The translations under genes were made by a program, and so were the position numbers. DNA of 64,000 bases from Octopus vulgaris (Eukaryota). Position 1 is the stretch's first letter. Every line of letters starts with the position of its first letter. The notes under the pieces were generated by a model. The model made no database searches. It saw nothing but the letters and a program-made list of their open reading frames with translations, and had not been told where the DNA came from. The stretch spans positions 21,700,001-21,764,000 of the forward strand of contig OX597816.1 of assembly GCA_951406725.2 (NCBI GenBank), in the 5' to 3' direction. Positions 24,401 through 35,952 of this stretch are shown in pieces.

Positions 24401-25933
24401 TTTGGATTTGGAAACACTGAAAGTAAGAACATACCCTTTCGAAGATCCGCTCGTAACTAACAGTGCCAACAAACCCAAATAAGCAAGTGAAGAATTTCTG
24501 TTCTCCCCTTTCCACCAGCGTGGGTTAAAATCATCAAACGCTATGCTTATTTCGGTAAAATCCGAAGCATTAATTAGAGGGAGATTAATTATAATTTCAA
24601 CAATTGAGGGTAAAATTAATTAATTATTAATCAATTTCACCAAGTGTTCAGTATGCAAAGGGACCATTTAAGGCGAATTCAAATTATTACATTATATAAA
24701 AGGGCTTAGTAAAATAAATTACTTTGCCGCATACTGAACTCATTAGAAATAGCAGCTAAAAAACTTTTTTAAAGCTATTTCTAATACTTAAAGAAAATCT
24801 CTCTCATATATAGTGTTTGCTTGATTCAACTCACAAAAGTTTGGGGGTAAGGACATTAAAAAATCAAATGCTAAGGTTATTTGAGAACGTACGTTTCAAG
24901 ATTAGTCAAAACAACACTTCTATTTTCAGCTCAGAAACTCCTTGGTTTGGATTTGGAAACACTGAAAGTAAGAACATACCCTTTCGAAGATCCGCTCGTA
25001 ACTAACAGTGCCAACAAACCCAAATAAGCAAGTGAAGAATTTCTGTTCTCCCCTTTCCACCAGCGTGGGTTAAAATCATCAAACGCTATGCTTATTTCGG
25101 TAAAATCCGAAGCATTAATTAGAGGGAGATTAATTATAATTTCAACAATTGAGGGTAAAATTAATTAATTATTAATCAATTTCACCAAGTGTTCAGTATG
25201 CAAAGGGACCATTTAAGGCGAATTCAAATTATTACATTATATAAAAGGGCTTAGTAAAATAAATTACTTTGCCGCATACTGAACTCATTAGAAATAGCAG
25301 CTAAAAAACTTTTTTAAAGCTATTTCTAATACTTAAAGAAAATCTCTCTCATATATAGTGTTTGCTTGATTCAACTCACAAAAGTTTGGGGGTAAGGACA
25401 TTAAAAAATCAAATGCTAAGGTTATTTGAGAACGTACGTTTCAAGATTAGTCAAAACAACACTTCTATTTTCAGCTCAGAAACTCCTTGGTTTGGATTTG
25501 GAAACACTGAAAGTAAGAACATACCCTTTCGAAGATCCGCTCGTAACTAACAGTGCCAACAAACCCAAATAAGCAAGTGAAGAATTTCTGTTCTCCCCTT
25601 TCCACCAGCGTGGGTTAAAATCATCAAACGCTATGCTTATTTCGGTAAAATCCGAAGCATTAATTAGAGGGAGATTAATTATAATTTCAACAATTGAGGG
25701 TAAAATTAATTAATTATTAATCAATTTCACCAAGTGTTCAGTATGCAAAGGGACCATTTAAGGCGAATTCAAATTATTACATTATATAAAAGGGCTTAGT
25801 AAAATAAATTACTTTGCCGCATACTGAACTCATTAGAAATAGCAGCTAAAAAACTTTTTTAAAGCTATTTCTAATACTTAAAGAAAATCTCTCTCATATA
25901 TAGTGTTTGCTTGATTCAACTCACAAAAGTTTG
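21425..25933 (-). repeat. tandem array of 545-bp units (8 full plus ~150 bp), each with a hammerhead motif; candidate non-LTR retrozyme / multimeric Penelope-like pLTR
   Basis: The G after TATAAAA recurs at 21434, 21979, 22524, 23069, 23614, 24158, 24702, 25247 and 25792 (period 544-545). Units differ at only a few sites. Embedded in (TA)n. Confidence 0.95.
21614..21665 (-). ncRNA. type I hammerhead ribozyme motif of array unit 1 (recurs every 545 bp; core intact in units 1, 2, 5, 6)
   Basis: Minus strand UGAG-CUGAAGA-UAGAAGUguuguuuugACUaaUCUU-GAAA-CGUACG-UU-CUCA. Helix I UGAG/CUCA, conserved CUGANGA and GAAA boxes, palindromic helix III ACGUACGU, GUU triplet with predicted cut between 21618 and 21617. 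Helix II is imperfect. Confidence 0.75.
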
Positions 25934-25936
25934 TTG

Positions 25937-25976
<40 letters not shown>

Positions 25977-25978
<2 letters not shown>

Positions 25979-26214
25979 GTGCCCTTTTAAAGCCTAGCCA
26001 GGCTCATGGGCCCGGTTTCTATGGCGTATGTGTTCCCCAGCTGGACGGGACACCAATCCATCGCAGCGTTACTCATTTTTGCCAGCTGAGTGGAGTGGAG
26101 CAACGGGAAATGAAGGTATTTGCTCAAAAACACAACGCGTCGCCCGGTCCAGGAAACAAAACCACAATCTTACGACCACGCTGTCGACACCCTCACCGCT
26201 AAGTCACGCGCCTC

Positions 26215-26217
<3 letters not shown>
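25977..26217 (-). mobile_element. SINE family D
   Basis: Reverse-complement homolog of 12764-13012, inserted in (TA)n. Confidence 0.85.
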
Positions 26218-26271
<54 letters not shown>

Positions 26272-26454
26272 TATATAAATTGCACGTAAGTGTATAAACA
26301 GGCACTCACCCCCCACACACACACAGTAACTAAACATAGACACACATAGAGGTATACGCATGCGCAAATAAAGACACATACAATAGGAATACAAAATAAA
26401 AATGGCTGACCGTTAGTAAGGAGAGACACACAAATAAGAAAGAAGAAAGCAAAG

Positions 26455-26498
26455 GACCACTGATGAGGTCACAGGGGTGTGCCAAAAGAACTCCGGTC
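26455..26498 (+). ncRNA. degenerate hammerhead motif in a Penelope-like fragment (~26380-26620)
   Basis: GACC-A-CTGATGA-GGTCAC aggg GTGTGCC-AAAA-GAAC-TC-C-GGTC. G12A mutation; helix I is GACC/GGTC. Confidence 0.45.
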
Positions 26499-26659
26499 GA
26501 AATAAGATTAAAATTAATGCAAAAAATAAATAAAGCTGAAACAAATTAACGCCAAATACATAGTGCGTGTGTTTTTATTGGCTAAAGTGGCAAGATGACC
26601 ATTCCTAAATACAATAACATATATATATACATATAGACACACATATACATATATATATA

Positions 26660-27301
26660 TATTGCGGTTCACCTGTCGCGGTTTGTTATTTAAGTTTGCG
26701 TCGATTCCTCTGTGGTGTTGCTTTGCATCTATAATACGATAGATACATACAAATTATAAAAATAAAAAAAAAATTACAGTACAGTACTGTACAGTATAGG
26801 CGCAGGAGTGGCTGTGTGGTAAGTAGCTTGCTAACCAACCACATGGTTCCGGGTTCAGTCCCACTGCGTGGCATCTTGGGCAAGTGTCTTCTGCTATAGC
26901 CCCGGGCCGACCAATGCCTTGTGAGTGGATTTGGTAGACGGAAACTGAAGAAGCCTGTCGTATATATGTATATATATATATATATATGTGTTTGTGTGTC
27001 TGTGTTTGCCCCCCTAGCATCGCTTGACAACCGATGCTGGTGTGTTTACGTCCCCGTCACTTAGCGGTTCGGCAAAAAAGAGACCGATAGAATAAGTACT
27101 GGGCTTACAAAGAATAAGTCCCGGGGTCGAGTTGCTCGATTAAAGGCGGTGCTCCAGCATGGCCGCAGTCAAATGACTGAAACAAGTAAAAGAAGAAGTA
27201 AAAAGAAAGAAGAAGTACAGTACTGCTTCTACTTCGCAGATTTTTCCCTATCCTGTGGGGGTGTTTGGAACGTAACACTCTCGATAATCGAGAGATTACC
27301 G
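26660..27301. mobile_element. probable pogo/Tigger-like MITE interrupted by SINE A
   Basis: Right end ...CGATAATCGAGAGATTACCG|TA resembles CAGTAATCCCTCG-type TIRs. The left end is eroded (GCGGTTCACCTGTCGCGG). Confidence 0.45.
26797..27213 (+). mobile_element. SINE family A, full length, young subfamily
   Basis: Near-identical to 433-842. Confidence 0.92.
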
Positions 27302-28317
27302 TATGTTCATGTGTGTACATACACATATATATTTATATGTCTGTATGAATGTATGTATGTATGCATGTTGGTGGATGTGGATATGTATGTATGTATGTGT
27401 GTATGTGTGTATATGATACTGCTGTCGGTCGAACAAGATTGTGTTGACCTATGATAAAAGTTGCTCCAATTAGTAAACAGTGAGGCTAATTAACTACCAC
27501 AACACACTACACTTTGGCCTCCATGTGTACCACACCAGCACCTCCATCGTTATCCTTTTCCTCATCCTCCTCTTTTTCCTCATCATCATCATTCTTATCA
27601 TCGCGTCCACTCTCACCCTTATTTTTCGTATATCATCTTTCACCATAGCCCCGCAGCTGATTAAAACGCAGTGGTCACACAAATTAAAACTGAAGTATAC
27701 CTCATAAAATGTCATAAGACATTAATCTTAAGAAATGTTCATAACAAAAGTCCGCATTGCTGTAACCTCTTCCACATTAGTTTTCTGTATAACACACACG
27801 GACACACACACAAAGACAGCTTCTGTGTGCATTCAAAATTAAATTATTGGACATACGGGACATTTGCAAGGAATATAAAATGTATGTTTAAGACCAAAAT
27901 AAAATTTCAACCATATCCTTCAAGAGCAATTATTATTAAAATGGCTGGCTCTCTTGCTCGACCAAACATTTTGAAAAAAGAAAGAATAATAATATAAAAA
28001 ATAATTTATTAGCTTCGTTTTGTTTTGAGAGGAGAAATTGAGATTTTAGTGTAATTGTTTATCGGTAAAGAATTTTATGACGAATATTTCATGTAATATT
28101 TTTTTTATTTATTTTACCTTGGACAAAATATCGCGCGTTATTTGCTCCGGCTCTCATTGGCCTGAGTGTAACATTTGTCGAGATCAATATTACGTTTCCT
28201 CCTTTTCGGGTCGATAATACAACGTAACAGTCAAGGTCTAGGTTTGGAGATACCCACTATCACCCTCTATCACCCAAAATTATTATCCGTGTGCCTAAAT
28301 CAGATCAAACATTATTA

Positions 28318-28505
28318 GTATTCTTAAGATTGCTCAGTTGGTAGAATCGTAAGTGTCCGGAAAATGCTTTACGTTTGAACTGAAATCCCACCGAGGTCAA
28401 ATATAATTTTGGCTGCGTGGTAAGTAGCTTGCCTACGAACCACATGGTTCGTGGTTCAGTCCCACTGCGTGGCACCTTGGGCAAGTGTCTTCTACTAATA
28501 GCCTC
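28318..28505 (+). mobile_element. chimeric SINE B-like head plus SINE A 5' part (duplicated at 30968)
   Basis: TTAAGATTGCTCAGTTGGTAGAATCG...GAAATCCCACCGAGGTCAAA joined to GGCTGCGTGGTAAGTAGC. Confidence 0.7.
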
Positions 28506-28507
28506 GC

Positions 28508-28695
28508 TACAGTTGGAGTTGAACTGTTTGTTTTGTTCAAAGAAACGTTGGCGTTTCTCATACCGCTGGATCCTTTGTGCTTTGGCAAGGATATCTTGCT
28601 TTAGCTTTTCTTTTACCTCAGGTAAATCTGTAGCTGTGATGTTGTATTTGCACAGTATTTTTGTTTTTTTCTTGTTACTTAGTAGTGTCGATTGT
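28508..28695 (-). pseudogene. non-LTR retrotransposon ORF fragment, probably R4/Dong-like
   Basis: KKTKILCKYNITATDLPEVKEKLKQDILAKAQRIQRYEKRQRFFEQNKQFNSN resembles, from memory, the region upstream of RT in R4/Dong elements. It abuts a (CTA)n/(TTA)n tract. Confidence 0.6.
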
Positions 28696-28823
28696 CTACT
28701 ACTACTACTACTACTACAACTACTACTACTACTACAACTACTACTACTACTACTACTTATTATTATTATTATTATTAGTAGTAGTAGTATTACTACAACT
28801 ACAACTACTAATACTACTACTAG
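28696..28823. repeat. (CTA)n/(TTA)n/(GTA)n trinucleotide tract
   Basis: Directly visible. Confidence 0.9.
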
Positions 28824-29224
28824 CACCATGATCCGGCAACACCGGGTCATAGTGATAGTGCATGCATATATAGCTGCGTGCGTGCGCACATACACGCGAG
28901 TACTGTCCAAATCTCCGCCCAATCATATGTAGCTAGCTGGCATTCAATTGGAGTATCAAGTTTCGGGAATTTTGATTGGGTTTTGGATAGAAAATTCACA
29001 AAAAGTCAATTCTATTGATTTTTTAATGGCTTTGCGGGGTGACTGGGGAAATTTAAAGATGTGCACCATCACCCTTGGACGGTTTTGAATTACCATAGAA
29101 ACTGTGATCCCTCTAACTGAAAAATTGTGGATTTGTATAAAGAACACGCACACACACACACACACACAGACATTTTGCCGTTTATATATACAGATTATTC
29201 AGAGAGCGTCGGATAAGGGAATCG

Positions 29225-29450
29225 CGCCATTTGTCAAGCGTTGTGTGTGTATGGTGGGGAGGAACATACACGATAACAAACATACATATATACGACGGGC
29301 ACTCACACAGTTGCTCTCTGCCAAATTCGCTCAGAATTCTTTGGTTGGCACTGGGCTATAATAGAACACACCTGCGTTAGGTGTCGCGCAGTAGGGACAG
29401 AACCCAAAGCGATTTTGTTGTAAAACGATCTCCTTAGCCTCACAACCATG
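29225..29450 (-). mobile_element. old, diverged SINE A
   Basis: TTGTCAAGCG...TACGACGGGC...GGCTATAATAGAACACACCTG...GCAGTAGGGAC matches family A in reverse. Confidence 0.6.
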
Positions 29451-30034
29451 AAAATTTATTAATTCCTTATTCAGATACAGAGTCATAAATTTTAGATGGG
29501 GAGAACATTCGAATATATCGCCCCCACTACCAGGCTGGCATTTTATAGCATCAACTTCGGAAAGATTAAAAGTAATGTTGACCTCGGAGAGATTTTAACG
29601 CAGAATAAAGCACTATAAGAGTGTATAGTAATCATTTTCTTCGAAATTGTTACGTGTCTACCAATCTATATTCATGCATATAGTTTAGAAATTCGTCTTC
29701 ATATTCTTTACACTTTCCACTATATTTTATTAAACCGACTTGATAAAACATCTCAAATCGGTTTCATATGCATACAATTCCAAAGTAATCCACAAATATA
29801 CGTCTGTCACGTTTCATATAAATTCTTATGAATTGCAAATAGATTATGCACAAACACAATTTCTGTGGAAAAGATGTAGCAGATTGAATCGAATTTAGCT
29901 ATGTTACGTGTACCTATGCGTTAAGATAGATATTGGAGTGAAAAAAAAAAATACGAAGCAAAAATAAAAAAAAATCATTAATCTGTTGTATGAGTAGAAT
30001 GAAAGTTACCTATAGATGCAAGAGAAGCATCTAT

Positions 30035-30355
30035 AGGTAATAAGTTTGCTTCGAAACCACATCGTTCCGGGTTCAGTCCCACTACGTAACATGTTGGACA
30101 AGTGTCTTCTAATATAGCTTCGAGCTTTCTTATGAGTGGATTTGGTAGACGGAAAGTGAAAATAGTCTGTTGTACATAAATGTATATACATATATATGTG
30201 TGTTTGTATGAAGTGTGTGAGTGTGTATGTGAGCGTGTGTTTATGTGTTTGTGTGTTTGCTTTCCCACCCACTGCTCGGCAACAAGCGCTGGCGTGCTTA
30301 AGTCTCCATAAATTAACGATTCGGCAGAACAGGCCTACAGGATAAGTATCAGGCG
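30035..30355 (+). mobile_element. diverged SINE A
   Basis: AACCACATCGTTCCGGGTTCAGTCCCACTACG...GAGTGGATTTGGTAGACGGAAA. Confidence 0.75.
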
Positions 30356-30377
30356 TTCAAATAATTATAATAATAAT

Positions 30378-30535
30378 AAGTCTTTCTACTATAGGCACAA
30401 GACCTGAAATTCGTGGGGAAGGGTCTAGTGGATTATATTGACACCAGAACTCAACTGGTACTTGTTTCATCAATACCAAAAGGATGAAAGGCGAAGTCGA
30501 CCTCGGCGGAATTTGAACTTGAACGTAGCAGCGTT
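30378..30535 (-). mobile_element. SINE family B, 5'-truncated
   Basis: TCTTTCTACTATAGGCACAAG...GGATGAAAGGCGAAGTCGACCTCGGCGGAATTTGAAC. Confidence 0.8.
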
Positions 30536-30582
30536 TCAACTCTATGACTATTTGTGTGTGTATGTAAAAGGGAGATATGCGA

Positions 30583-30618
<36 letters not shown>

Positions 30619-31058
30619 AAAAGATATATCACACGGCATTTCAACTCTGAGTATATGTGTGTATGTGTGTGCATATACTAGGGAAATATGTGAATGTTTG
30701 CATGTGTGGTTATAATATACCTTATTTTGTACCTTATTTATATATAAAATAGTACAATCAGCCGTCATTTTTGACGGCACAGGATCAGCTAGTAAGCATA
30801 ATGATGATAATAATAATATGGTTCTCATGGCTTCTGATCTTAACTGATTGGAAGTGTTATCATGTACGTTGTTTTGTCTTCATATAAAAGATGGACTACA
30901 GTAAATATTCTGCTCAATACCATAGATTTCCTTGTCAGCTGTGGTAAGTAGCTTGCTTACCAATCATATCCTTAAGATTGCTCAATTGGTAGAATCGAAA
31001 GTATCTGAAAAATGCTTTACGTTTCAGCTGAAATCCCACCGAGGGTCAAATTAAATTT

Positions 31059-31464
31059 TGGCTGTGTGGTAAGTAGCTTGCTTACCAACCACATGGTTCC
31101 GGGTTCAGTCCCACTGCGTGGCACCTTGGGTATGTGTCTTCTACTGTAGCCTGGGGCCGACCAAAGCCTTTTTAGTGGATTTGGTAGACGGAAACTGGGG
31201 GAAGCCCCTCGTATATATGTGTATATATATATATATATATCTGTGTGTGTGTGTGTGTGTGTTTGTGTGTCTGTGTCCCCCCAACATCGCTTGACAACTG
31301 ATGGTGGTGTGTTTATGTCCCTGTAACTTAGCGGTTCGGCAAAAGTGAACGATAGAATACGTACTAGGCTTACAAAGAATAAGTCCTAGGATCGATTTGC
31401 TCAACTAAAGGCGGTGCTCCAGCTTGGACGCAGTCAACTGACTGAAACAAGTAAAAGAGTAAAG
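31059..31464 (+). mobile_element. SINE family A
   Basis: Head-to-tail match. Confidence 0.9.
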
Positions 31465-32159
31465 TGTATATTCTGTTCTACATTTTACAGAAAAGTTTTT
31501 TCTCAGTGTGGGATTTTGTGCAGTCGGGTCATTGTGCAGTTATGTGCATTTCTCTATATCCTGTCTTACACACGAGACTCCTTTTATCTTTGATGGAACC
31601 GACGAATGAGCAAAGGCATTCTAGCCAAAAACATCTGATCATATTTCTTTTATCCACTCGTGTTTAAATGAAGTGCAGGTAACGCGGAACTTAGGCTGCT
31701 ATTTTTATCTCATCCCTTTGGTCAGCGCTTATACGCATTGATTCTTGATATAAGCTGTACTGCCGTCTTGATGATTATTAGGAAGAAAAATATCTTTAAT
31801 AAATAGAAAAATCATAATCGAAATGTTATAAGTATATCTCTGGATTGCATTTCCCAACATATCCAATAAGATTAAAGAGATTACTGCAAGATAGATCTTA
31901 TAAACTTCGATGTTGTTATTTTGTTTTCTTCTTATGTATCCACTCAATCATACTGAAAACATTTCCGAAGGTGATAGATGTCTGTTTAATAGACTGAAAC
32001 AAGTAAACAAATACTCGTTTAAAAATAACAATATATAGTACCATCAGCACTTTTCATTCTCTTATGTATATGATGTTCAAAAATACTTTTTTAAAGAAAC
32101 CATTATTGTAAGATTAGCCCCAGTTTATGAAGCATAATGATATATAGGAGTGATATGTA

Positions 32160-32565
32160 CAGGAGTGGCTGTGTAGTAAGTAGCTTGCCTATCAACCACA
32201 TGGTTCCGGGTTCAGTCCCACTGCGTGGCATCTTGAGCGAGTGTCTTCTGCTATAGCCCCGGGCCGACCAATGCCTTGTGAGTGGATTTGGTAGACGGAA
32301 ACTGAAAGAAGCCTGTCGTATATATGTATATATATGTATGTGTATGTATATGTTTGTGTGTCTGTGTTTGTCCCCCTAGCATTGCTTGACAACCGATGCT
32401 GGTGAGTTTACGTCCCCGTTACTTAGCGGTTCGGCAAAACAGACCGATAGAATAAGTACTGGGCTTACAAAGAATAAGTCCCGGGGTCGATTTGCTCGAC
32501 TAAAGGCGGTGCTCCAGCATGGCCGCAGTCAAATGACTGAATCAAGTAAAAAAGAGTAAAGAGTA
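32160..32565 (+). mobile_element. SINE family A, young subfamily
   Basis: Near-identical to 433-842. Confidence 0.92.
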
Positions 32566-32706
32566 TATATATATATATATAGAAAGGTACACGCACACAT
32601 ATATACATATATTTACATACACACACATAATCCTTTTGTTCGCCTGACCTACTTTAGGGAGTAAAACTTTAGAAATGCAAAATATTAAATCCAATTCTTC
32701 CTCCTT

Positions 32707-32935
32707 CTTATTTCTTTATTGCCCACAAGGGGCTAAACATAGAGGGGACAAACAAAGACAGACAAAGGGATTAAGTTGATTACATCGACCCCAGTGCGTA
32801 ACTGGTACTTAATTTATAACCCCGAAAAGATGAAAGGTAAAGTCGACCTCGGCGGAATTTGAACTCAGAACGTAACGGCAGACGAAATACGGCTAAGCAT
32901 TTCGCCCGGCGTGCTAACGATTCTGCCAGCTCGCG
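32707..32935 (-). mobile_element. SINE family B, full length
   Basis: Reverse complement of the family B monomer with the AATAAAGAAATA tail. Confidence 0.9.
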
Positions 32936-33100
32936 GTCTTTATTCTTCCTCCCTCTATCGGCACTTTTGCAAAAGCACATGTCTCTTTTTTCACTCGGTA
33001 TTTGCCAGAGTTAACATTCCTATTCTGCTTTCTCTTGGTACTTGGCAGATATAAATCCCAGTTCTTGCCTGTAAGTAAGCAAACTATTGTTTATTTCTTC

Positions 33101-34060
33101 AGATTTTTTAAGGGAGCAATCCTTACCTTATTTCCTTAGTGCTCTCACTCTGTCTTTGTATTTCTCTCCTTCTCTTTACTCGTGGCAGTCACTGAGGTAA
33201 CACATAACTTACTACTCGTCAACACAGCAAGGTAAATTTATTTACACCCTGCTTCTCCCATTTTCTTCCGGCCACATCGCGGTAAACATCAAATCACCGC
33301 ATCAACCTACACGGATAACAACAGAACTTCTAATATTTATTCAACAAGTCTAAAAACTTGTTTTATATTGTAACGGTAAATGAGAGCCATTTTAACTGTC
33401 AATTATTTCTTATCATATAACGCCTGTTATTAACATTGATTTTATAGTCACAAGGCCTACCTCACGCAAGAGGTGCAAATGAGAGTAGCTGTATCACAAT
33501 TCCAGCTTCACTAAGTTCTCAACATATTAAACGAGGTTCATCGACCTCGAACAGGATGAAAGACAAATTCGACCCCGAGGGCATTTGAACCAAAAACGTA
33601 TCACAGACGAAACGCCGCTAAGCATTTTGACCCTCGTACTAACGATTCTACCAGCTAACCACCTAAAATTGGTAATTCATATTAGGTTCAAATTTTGGCA
33701 CAAGGCCCGCAATTTCGAGAGAGGTGTAAGTCGATTACGTCAACTCCAGTATACCTTATTTCCTTAGTACTGATTTTTTAAGGGAGCAATCCGTACCTTA
33801 TTTCCTTAGAGCTGTCACTCTCAGTCTCTTTCTCTATCTCTGCATCTCTCTCCCTCTCTTTACTCATGGCAGTTAACACATAACTTGTTATCCGTCAATC
33901 CAATGAGGTAAATTGGTTTACACCCTGCCTCTCTCATTTTTTTCCGGTCACATAGCGGTAAACATCCAATGACCGCTGGAACCTACACAAATAACAACAG
34001 AACTTCTAATATTTATTCAACAAGTCGAAAAAGTGTTTAGGGCCATATTATTTCTTATCA
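33101..34060. repeat. diverged local duplication (~33101-33420 and ~33772-34060) with SINE B pieces between
   Basis: GATTTTTTAAGGGAGCAATCC...AACAACAGAACTTCTAATATTTATTCAACAAGTC occurs twice. Confidence 0.85.
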
Positions 34061-34184
34061 TTTATACCAACCACCGTTACTTTAACACAGCACAATATCC
34101 CTTACATACTGGAGACTATGAATCGAACACCCAACGCTTCTAACCAACATAAAGAACCACACGCACACAAGCTCATATACATTT

Positions 34185-34240
<56 letters not shown>

Positions 34241-35093
34241 GTGTGTGTATATACACTTATATATATATATATATGTGTTCATATATAGAAAGTGTGAAAA
34301 TAGCAAATATGTTAGCCATTCCTATTCTGTGGCTTATTTTTACGTGCAATATTGACTGAACTACCGCCAAATCAAAGTAGTCTATATTGGTGCTTATCTT
34401 CTTTGAAAACGTCACATCAATATAGGTATGGCAACACAATTTACATTGATCTTGCTATATTTTAGCTGTCACTAAGTGCTGAATATTCTAATCCACTAAG
34501 TAGCTCTCCTATATATATATATAATATATTTTATATATGTTGAGAAGTTGGACAACATAATAAACAGTGCCATACGGATACTATAATCCACAGAGCACAG
34601 AGTTTAGTCATTCTGTTGTTGTTGATGTTCTTGTTTTGACCCAATTCAACAGAATTAGTAAGAAAAAGACCTACCTAGGATCAGTCCGTAATTTCATACA
34701 TTTATAATGAAAATTGTAGTGGGTGTTGGGTGAGACTTGGTGGTATTTTGGCTGTTGTTTCTAGTGTGTTGTATGTTCATCCATATGGAGGCTTCTTTAT
34801 TGTAACCACTATACAAATAACAACGTCAAAGTGCACATCAAGGTTTGCTTTGTTGGAATTCTTTATCCCCGGGGCAGCCCTGATTAAACGGAACCATAAT
34901 TAATCGCAGTCAAACCATATCTCAACTTTTTCTGATGTATTTGCAACCCAGGATAACTTTGTTAAATTGCTTATATGATGGTGGAATCTAATTTAAGTTA
35001 TTTGCAGTTATTTCTAGCTGGTAAAGCGATAGTATAGTAGTTGTGAGTGGCATAATATAAAAATTTAATTCCGGGTGAAATATATAGATTTGT

Positions 35094-35507
35094 TACTCTT
35101 TACTCTTTTAATTCTTTCAGTCATTTGACTGTGGCCATGCTGGAGCACCATCTTTAGATGACCAAATCGACACCAGAACTTATTCGTTGTAAGACTAATA
35201 CTTATTCTATGGGTCTCTTTTGCCGAACCACTAAGTGACGGGGACGTAAACACAGCCAGCATTGGTTGTCAAGCGATGTTGGGGGGCGAGACACAGGCAC
35301 ACAAACATATACACATATACACACACATATATATACATAAATACGACGGGCTTCTTTCAGTCTCCGTCTACCAAATCTACTCTCAAAGCTTTGGTCAGCC
35401 CGAGGCTAGAGGAGAAGACACTTGCCCAAGGTGCCATGCAGTAGGACGGAACCCGGAACCATGTGGTTGGTTAGCAAACTATTTACCACACAGCTACTGC
35501 TATGCCT
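35094..35507 (-). mobile_element. SINE family A
   Basis: Reverse-complement head-to-tail match. Confidence 0.88.
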
Positions 35508-35952
35508 GTTATTAACATTGATTTTATATTTTGTCACAATGCCAGCAATTTCGTGGGGAGAAGCTAAGTCGATACTAAGTTCTCACTAATACTTATTTTA
35601 TCGACCTCGAAAGGATGAAAGGCAAACTCGATCCCGGGGGCATTTGAACCAAGAACGTATCACAGATGAAATGCCGCTAAGCATTTTGACCCTCGTGCTA
35701 ACAATTCTGCCAACTAACCACCTCAAATTTATCATTCATATTAGGTTCAAATTTTGGTTCATGGCCCGCAATTTCGAGGGACCTTTTAAATCGATTACAT
35801 CAACCCCAGTTTTTGACTGGTACTTATTTTATTAATCCCGAAAGGATAAAAGACAAAGTTGACCCCGGTGGCATTTGAACTCAGAACTCAGAACTTAATA
35901 AATGCCGCTAAGTATTTTGTCTAAAGCGATAATGGTACTGCCAGTTCGCCAA
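35503..35952 (-). mobile_element. two diverged SINE B copies; 35503-35815 duplicates 33422-33750
   Basis: Shared unique flanks GCCTGTTATTAACATTGATTTTATA and ATTCATATTAGGTTCAAATTTTGG. Confidence 0.8.

Noticed and set aside
21425-25933. CRISPR-like array or 5S/snRNA gene cluster
   Set aside because: Units are identical throughout with no unique spacers, and I see no 5S rRNA, tRNA or snRNA sequence in the unit.
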